Assembly: GCA_035493475.1 (NCBI GenBank)
Contig: DATJIF010000029.1
Location: forward strand, 102,163 to 126,162
Source: Actinospica sp.
GTDB lineage: Bacteria; Actinomycetota; Actinomycetes; Streptomycetales; Catenulisporaceae
Reading direction: 5' to 3'
DNA: 24,000 nucleotides
In this document: one piece after another, positions 8,960 to 13,999 of the stretch
How positions within the stretch are numbered: position 1 is the first letter of the stretch
How the letters are laid out: the number at the start of each line of letters is the position of its first letter
The notes under the pieces: generated by a model
Database searches by the model: none
What the model was told of the DNA's origin: nothing
The model's input: only the letters and a program-made list of their open reading frames with translations
Translations under genes and position numbers: made by a program

Positions 8960-10327
8960 TTACCGTGTGTGACGTGGTCGCATTGTGGTCGCGCGGGATC
9001 GTGGTCGCAGGGGTCGGTGTCGTCGGATGACAGGGTTGGTCGGGTGTTTCGGTGTCTCGGTCGGTTCGGTGCGGTGGTCGCGGAGTGGTCGCCGTCCTGA
9101 TTCCAGTGGCACGGGCGTCGTCGGGTGTCGGCTCGCTCGGTCGGCTCGGGTCAGCGTGTTGTCGATGGTGTCCACGGCGTCGCGGGCGGCTTGCGCGGTG
9201 AGGTGGGAGTAGATGTTCGCAGTGGTCGACAGGGTGGAGTGGCGCAGGGTCTTGGAGACGACGGTGAGCGGGACGCCTTCGGTAATCGAGATGGTCGCGG
9301 CCAGGTGGCGGAGGTCGTGGACCGTACAGCGCGGGACGTCGGCGTGGTCGCTGAGTGTGTGGAAGTGCCGGAGGACGTAGCCGGGGTGCAGCGGTCGTCC
9401 GTCGGGGCGGGTGAAGACGTATCCGCCGCCGAAGTCGTGGGCCGTAGTCGGTGTTTTTTCGTTGGCGCGGTGTTCGAGGGCTGTGGCGACGCGGTCGGAG
9501 ATGGCGATCCAGTTCTTGCTGGTGCGGGTCTTCGGGGTGCCGAGGACGAGTCGGTTGTTGTCGACGGCGCACAGGCTCCAGCGGATGTAGAGCGTGCGGG
9601 TGTCGAGGTGGATGTCGTTCCAGTGCAGTCCGAGGGCTTCGCCCTTGCGCATGCCGGTGCCGATGAGGACCTCGATCAGGTCGGCGAAGGCCGGGTCGGC
9701 GCTATGGCGGTGGCGCAGGAACCGGGCGGCCTGTTCGGGTGTCCAGATGCGGCGTTCCTGGGCGGCGGGTCGGGGCAGGACGGTGGGTCGGGCGGGGTTG
9801 CGGGGTAGGCGGTGTCGGCGTACGGCGTCGCCGAGGGCGCTGGAGAGGGTGGCGAGGATCCAGTAGACGGTGACCTGTCCGCGGCCGTTGGCGAGTTGGG
9901 TGTGGACGTAGGCGGCGATGTGCGTGTAGCCGAGGTCGTCGAGGCGTACGGTGCCGAGTGCGGGGATCAGGTCTTGGTGGACGTGGGCGTTGTAGCGGGT
10001 GAACGTGGTGGGTTTCAGCTGTAGTCGCTTGGCTTCGAGCCATTCGGTGAGGTAGTCGGCGAGGGTCTGGTTGGGGTCGGCGTTGAACCCTGCGGCAGTG
10101 CCCTCGAGCAGGCGGCGCAGCGCGGTGCGGGCGGTTTCCTCGGTGGGGAACCCGCCACGGCGGATCGTGCTGCGCCGTTCCGGGTTGGGTAGGTCGACGG
10201 CGAAGCTCCAGGTTCCGTGGCCCGGGTCGGTGTGCAGGGTGGGGCAGCCGGCTCCGAGTTGGCGGTGGTTGTGGTCGCGGCAGCCGCAGCGGCGGTAGAC
10301 GCGGCCCCGGTTCACGGTGTTACGCAT
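8960..10327 (-). CDS. int: tyrosine recombinase / phage-type integrase
   Basis: The ATG at 10327 is preceded by AGGAG with about 8 nt spacing. 455 aa. The N-terminus MRNTVNRGRVYRRCGC is typical of actinomycete integrases. Catalytic residues are present: GMRKGEALGL (Arg), HDLRHLAAT (H-x-x-R), LRHS, ANIYSHL (Tyr). The ORF-track extension to 10900 is upstream read-through. The last about 55 aa are Pro/Arg/Thr/His low complexity. Confidence 0.92.
   Translation of the reverse strand: MRNTVNRGRVYRRCGCRDHNHRQLGAGCPTLHTDPGHGTWSFAVDLPNPERRSTIRRGGFPTEETARTALRRLLEGTAAGFNADPNQTLADYLTEWLEAKRLQLKPTTFTRYNAHVHQDLIPALGTVRLDDLGYTHIAAYVHTQLANGRGQVTVYWILATLSSALGDAVRRHRLPRNPARPTVLPRPAAQERRIWTPEQAARFLRHRHSADPAFADLIEVLIGTGMRKGEALGLHWNDIHLDTRTLYIRWSLCAVDNNRLVLGTPKTRTSKNWIAISDRVATALEHRANEKTPTTAHDFGGGYVFTRPDGRPLHPGYVLRHFHTLSDHADVPRCTVHDLRHLAATISITEGVPLTVVSKTLRHSTLSTTANIYSHLTAQAARDAVDTIDNTLTRADRASRHPTTPVPLESGRRPLRDHRTEPTETPKHPTNPVIRRHRPLRPRSRATTMRPRHTR
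8974..9092. repeat. five copies of GTGGTCGC, two pairs phased at 11 bp (candidate integrase arm-type sites)
   Basis: Exact 8-mers at 8974, 8985, 9001, 9074 and 9085. Pairs 8974/8985 and 9074/9085 are each spaced 11 bp apart and lie exactly 100 bp from each other. They sit between the tRNA remnant and the catalytic part of int, overlapping the low-complexity 3' end of the int ORF. Confidence 0.6.
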
Positions 10328-10380
10328 GATGATCGCTCCTAAATCGACAGGAGCAGGAGCCGACGAACCCATTGTCGACC

Positions 10381-10413
10381 TCGCGGGGATCCCCGCGACC
10401 ACACCGCGACCAC
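10381..10413. promoter_or_regulatory. 18-bp perfect palindrome plus inverted GTGGTCGC pair upstream of int (candidate operator / int promoter region)
   Basis: TCGCGGGGATCCCCGCGA (10381-10398) is a perfect palindrome 54-71 nt upstream of the int ATG. GCGACCAC, the reverse complement of GTGGTCGC, occurs at 10395 and 10406, again 11 bp apart. Confidence 0.45.
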
Positions 10414-10590
10414 AACGACTTACACGGCCAGGTGACCTGCGGCGATCCCTTGACGCGGCGCAAAGTGTGCGCCCGCGAAAAGCGGTTGTGACGAGCCTCC
10501 GGCCTGCCTGGCAGCATGCGTACCGGGGCGCGTTCGACTCACCTCCGCGGGGACGACAGTGTCGTGGTCGGGCCCTGCACCTGCCCAAGA

Positions 10591-10620
10591 GAACTAGCCC
10601 CGCGTGCGCGGGGGTAGTTC
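10591..10620. other. 30-nt near-perfect hairpin (13-bp arms, GTGC loop)
   Basis: GAACTAGCCCCGC-GTGC-GCGGGGGTAGTTC, with one G/G mismatch in the arms. It lies in a non-coding stretch between int and the TIR gene. Confidence 0.5.
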
Positions 10621-10650
10621 CCCAGACGGGAAACAGGTTGGCTGCTGGAA

Positions 10651-10678
10651 CTCTCCTCTCGCGGTCGCGGGAGGAGAG
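10651..10678. other. 28-nt hairpin (13-bp arms, one G-U position)
   Basis: CTCTCCTCTCGCG-GT-CGCGGGAGGAGAG. It lies 30 nt from the previous hairpin, and neither side has a T-tract. Confidence 0.5.
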
Positions 10679-11091
10679 TGCGAAGGAATCCCTCCGAGGT
10701 CGTGTGGCTGGCCATTCATGCGTGGAAGCGCGTCGGGCCGCGGCTCTAAGCACCTGGCCAGGCGCGATGGTAGGAACCCTATGGTCAGCACGTCTGTGAG
10801 GCGCTACAGCTTCTGGATGCGCGGGTTCGGGTCGCTGGCATTCGTGAGAATCCTGGGGCGGTGGTCGTGGGGTTGCGCGGTTGGGGTCTCGGTCGTTCAC
10901 CCGGTTCAGCGCTGATGTGCGGCATGGTCTCCGCCCCGATCAGTTCTTGGAGAAGACGTTCAGAGAGCTGACGAGCAATGTCTGCGCTGTCCAAGGAACG
11001 CCGTGCGTCGAGCAGCGCGAGCAGGGCAAAGCCCCGGGACGCAAGCGAGTATCATGAGGCCGCTGTTCGCGCGTCGCCGCCGAGGCGTAGA

Positions 11092-11763
11092 TCATGGCAG
11101 CAGGTTCACACCCGTGACCTCACCAGTTGTAGCGATTTCGTCGATCTTCATGGTGGCGTCGATTCGTTGCGGTGATCTGGCGGAGGTACGCACTGCAGTC
11201 AGCGAACCGCCAGCAGTGCCGACCTGAATGTCAAGGGAGATCAGGCCATCGGGCGCGTTCGATCGTCGCTCGGCCAAGTCGGGGGCGAGTGCGGTCAGCT
11301 GCTTGATGAGATCGGGTATCAGGCTTCGTTGACGGCCGCCGCGCTCTAGTCGGACGGCCTGTCGGCCCAGAAGCGGCGCGATGTCCCTCGGTAAATCCCC
11401 TTCTCCGGGAAGGGAGACCTCGTTGAGGTTCCCGAGCAGCAGGGGGATGACGTGGTTGCCATTCTCCAGCGCCAACCTGATCTCCCGGCGGACCCAGTCG
11501 TGAGGGTCGTCCAGCCGGCGGGCGCCGTTGCGGTTCTGCGCGGTGAGCCAGCCGGGGCCAATGCAGACGAGCATCACGCGGCACGAAGCGGCTCGGGCTT
11601 CCAGAACTGGTGTGAACTCCTGTCCTGGGCGTAGGGTCTGCCCCGCCTTGAACACGACCTCCGCGCCGAACGCCTCGGCGAGTTTCTCGTAGACGAAGTC
11701 CGGACCCCAGTCGCCGGCCTCGCCGCGGTAGCTGACGAAGATGACGGGCTCACGGTCGGGCAT
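11092..11763 (-). CDS. TIR-domain protein with C-terminal repeat-motif tail
   Basis: The ATG at 11763 has GGAG 7 nt upstream. 223 aa. TIR signatures are VIFVSYRGEAGD, SCRVMLVCIGPGW, DWVRREIRLAL (W-x-x-x-E with the catalytic-type Glu retained) and HVIPLLL. The tail (aa 175-222) is ISLDIQVGTAGGSLTAVRT...IDATMKIDEIATTGEVTGVNLL. The start overlaps the upstream gene by 14 nt. Confidence 0.9.
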   Translation of the reverse strand: MPDREPVIFVSYRGEAGDWGPDFVYEKLAEAFGAEVVFKAGQTLRPGQEFTPVLEARAASCRVMLVCIGPGWLTAQNRNGARRLDDPHDWVRREIRLALENGNHVIPLLLGNLNEVSLPGEGDLPRDIAPLLGRQAVRLERGGRQRSLIPDLIKQLTALAPDLAERRSNAPDGLISLDIQVGTAGGSLTAVRTSARSPQRIDATMKIDEIATTGEVTGVNLLP

Positions 11764-13237
11764 CAAGAGTCTCCAGTCGTGTGGCGGGGGGCCGCGGCCG
11801 CGCGGTGCGCGCCAGGGTGATGATGTCGGGCGCCAGGGCCCGAAGCCGGGCGGCCCGGCGTCGGGACAGGATCGACACGAGGCGTCGCAGGTCGCGTTGG
11901 ATTGTGATCGACCCGTTCGGTACCGCGGGGAGAAAGGATTCGATGACATCGGCCGCCCGGTCGCACTCGTGGACGTGCGCGTACGCTGTCGCCTCCCTGA
12001 TCGCAAAGCAAACCCGGGCGTGTCGGAAGGCCGGGTTCGGCTCCCGATCGTTCGGAAACGTACTCGGCATGGTCGTGGCGAACATATCCGCGGCCCTGCG
12101 GAACTCCTCCAGTTCCAGCAGCCCCGAGGCCTCGGTCAGGCGTGATGAGCTGAGCTCCGGGTCCCACGCCGGACCCCACTCCCAGTCCTCCGCGGACGGG
12201 GAGGACACGTCGTCGGAGACGTCGTAGAAGGCGTCCATCGCGCGCCGGAATCCCTCGCGGTCGCCGCTGCGGGCCCGAGCCCGGGACTCGCGTTGCAGGG
12301 CGATTCGGCGCAGTCTCGTCGGCAGGGCCGGGTCTGACAGCGCGAACTGGACGTGGTGCAGAGCGGAACGCGGATCGTCGGCCCGCAGCGCGGTCGCCGA
12401 TTGGCGGATCGCAGCGTACGCGGCGATCGCGGTGTCTCCGCTGTCGGAGCCGAGACAGACGGCCAGGGCCAGCCATTCATGCATCGCCTGCGCGTCGCCT
12501 AGTTCCTCCGCGAGCCAGCTCAAATACTCCGCATAGCGCGCCTCGACGCGGCGATACGCGAGAGCTCGCCCGGCTGACGCCGTACGTGCGGCTGAGTGGA
12601 GTGCGACGAGCTGGGCGACGACGTCGTTCACTACGGCGGCAGGTCCGACGAGATGCCGTTGTGTGCGTAAACGCTCCAACTCCGCCGCAGCTTCGACGAC
12701 AACCACGTTGACGGGCATCGGGGGCCGGGAACATCCGATCCGGGACAGCAACGACACGCTCGGGACCGTCACCGGATCCGTCGGGCGCCCGGATTCTGCG
12801 GCGAACAGCCTGACCAACGCGCCGCTCTGTCCGAGCTCTTTGTCCAACCGTCCCGCCACGTACTTCGTCCCGAGGGAATGTCCATTCTCAAGCTTGCTGA
12901 CGTACACGTGTGAAAGTCCTGCCGCCTTTGCCAGATCACGTTGCGACAGGCCGACCGCGTTTCTAGCGCGTCGGATCTCCCCGCCGTAGCCGGCGGCTAC
13001 CGGGCACTCCGCTTCAGGTGTGTGGCGCGTGGGCCGCGGCGCGACGACCGGGCCGGGCCGCTCGCATAAGGACTCGTAGACCCGCATCAGGCGCGTGGAT
13101 GCGGGCCGCAGCCCGTTCTCGACCTTGCTCAGGTGACCCTTGCTGTAGTCGGTGAGCCGCACGATCTGCCCCAGGCTGACGCCCGACGCTTCGCGCAGCG
13201 CGCGAAGCGTCCTGCCGTCCCCGCTCGATGTCCCCAT
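11750..13237 (-). CDS. dual XRE-family HTH protein with TPR-like helical C-terminal domain
   Basis: The ATG at 13237 gives 495 aa. It has two Cro/C1-type HTH units (RTLRALREASGVSLGQIVRLTDYSKGHLSKVENG and IRRARNAVGLSQRDLAKAAGLSHVYVSKLENG). About 300 aa of Ala/Leu/Arg-rich helical repeats follow. The ORF-track entry 11750..14953 over-extends upstream, antisense to real plus-strand genes. There is no SD before the ATG, so the transcript may be leaderless. Confidence 0.85.
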   Translation of the reverse strand: MGTSSGDGRTLRALREASGVSLGQIVRLTDYSKGHLSKVENGLRPASTRLMRVYESLCERPGPVVAPRPTRHTPEAECPVAAGYGGEIRRARNAVGLSQRDLAKAAGLSHVYVSKLENGHSLGTKYVAGRLDKELGQSGALVRLFAAESGRPTDPVTVPSVSLLSRIGCSRPPMPVNVVVVEAAAELERLRTQRHLVGPAAVVNDVVAQLVALHSAARTASAGRALAYRRVEARYAEYLSWLAEELGDAQAMHEWLALAVCLGSDSGDTAIAAYAAIRQSATALRADDPRSALHHVQFALSDPALPTRLRRIALQRESRARARSGDREGFRRAMDAFYDVSDDVSSPSAEDWEWGPAWDPELSSSRLTEASGLLELEEFRRAADMFATTMPSTFPNDREPNPAFRHARVCFAIREATAYAHVHECDRAADVIESFLPAVPNGSITIQRDLRRLVSILSRRRAARLRALAPDIITLARTARPRPPATRLETLDARP

Positions 13238-13387
13238 ACGTAGCAAAGTACTGAAAAATCTGGCCTCCTGGGATGCGTCTCGCGACGCTATGGAGTACTT
13301 GGGGAGCGTCGAGTAAACACGCAACAGTTCTCCGCGCGCCGCCGGGTTGCTAGTTTCACTGATCGCCGAACACGTAGATCTGGGGGA
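13238..13387. promoter_or_regulatory. divergent promoter/operator region of the two operons
   Basis: 150-bp gap with the most A/T-rich sequence of the locus (TAGCAAAGTACTGAAAAATC). AGTACT palindromic cores occur at 13247-13252 and 13294-13299. TACTTT ends 8 nt before the HTH-gene ATG and is a possible -10 box for a leaderless transcript. Confidence 0.4.
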
Positions 13388-13927
13388 ATGATGGCTGATC
13401 CAGACACGGTGGCGATTCCGGTGCTCGCCGGAGCGGCACTCACCCAAGGAGTGTCGTTTCTGTACGGCCAGGCTGCCGAGGCGCTGCGGATCAGGCGAGA
13501 GGGCAGGGCGGCGCACCGTTCGGCCCTGCTCGTCCCCGAAGCCTTCGAACCTGCGGACTTCGCTGTAGTCCCCGATCTTGCCGTGCTCGATGCTCGAGCC
13601 CGCGAGCTGCGGATGCTGCTGGCCATCGCTGAGCCGTTTGCGGGGTGCTCTGCGGACGACCTCGACGGTGCAGACGAATCGTTCCGTGCCTGCTTCGGCC
13701 ATATCCGCTTGGCCTTGGAGGAGATCTATGGCACCCGTTTCACGTTCTCTGGCGAACGGCGCCCCGGACCGCGCATCCAGCAGAGCGTCTCCGATGTTCG
13801 CGGCCGCACCACGGGAATGAGGGTCCGCGGCCAGGGGGCGAAAGCATCCGGAGAGATCGTCCAGCGAGTCAAAACCGTCCACCAGAGCGGTGAACTGACC
13901 GGCCTCGACATCGACTTCCGGGCCTGA
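13388..13927 (+). CDS. small protein: N-terminal hydrophobic Gly/Ala helix (Bell/HeLo-like?) + C-terminal repeat-motif tail
   Basis: 179 aa with tandem ATG ATG at 13388 and GGGGGA immediately upstream. The N-terminus is DTVAIPVLAGAALTQGVSFLYGQAAEALRIRREGR. The tail (aa 130-175) is IQQSVSDVRGRTTGMRV...IVQRVKTVHQSGELTGLDI. It lies 72 nt upstream of the STAND-like gene. Confidence 0.7.
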   Translation: MMADPDTVAIPVLAGAALTQGVSFLYGQAAEALRIRREGRAAHRSALLVPEAFEPADFAVVPDLAVLDARARELRMLLAIAEPFAGCSADDLDGADESFRACFGHIRLALEEIYGTRFTFSGERRPGPRIQQSVSDVRGRTTGMRVRGQGAKASGEIVQRVKTVHQSGELTGLDIDFRA

Positions 13928-13999
13928 CTGCCAGCGGCAGAAGGTCACCGCGCTTTCTGACACGGCACGGCACAGCGATCGTAATCCGAGGGAGAACTG

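Noticed and set aside
10591-10620. Possible solitary type I-E CRISPR repeat; the CCCCGC-GTGC-GCGGGG hairpin is identical in form to the I-E repeat stem-loop.
   Set aside because: There is only one copy and no spacer-repeat periodicity or cas genes in the window. The complementarity extends into the flanks (GAACTA/TAGTTC), unlike CRISPR repeats. It is treated as a generic GC-rich hairpin.
10328-10900. Upstream extension of the integrase ORF (646 aa in the ORF track).
   Set aside because: The extension is Arg/Pro-rich with no homology features. A canonical integrase N-terminus (MRNTVNRGRVYRRCGC) with a good AGGAG site starts at 10327.
10785-10994. 69-aa minus-strand ORF between the TIR gene and int, considered as a possible excisionase or small regulator.
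   Set aside because: It has a TTG start without an SD. Only the first 20 or so residues look protein-like and the rest is Pro/Thr/Arg low complexity. There is no HTH pattern typical of Xis/MerR-type excisionases.
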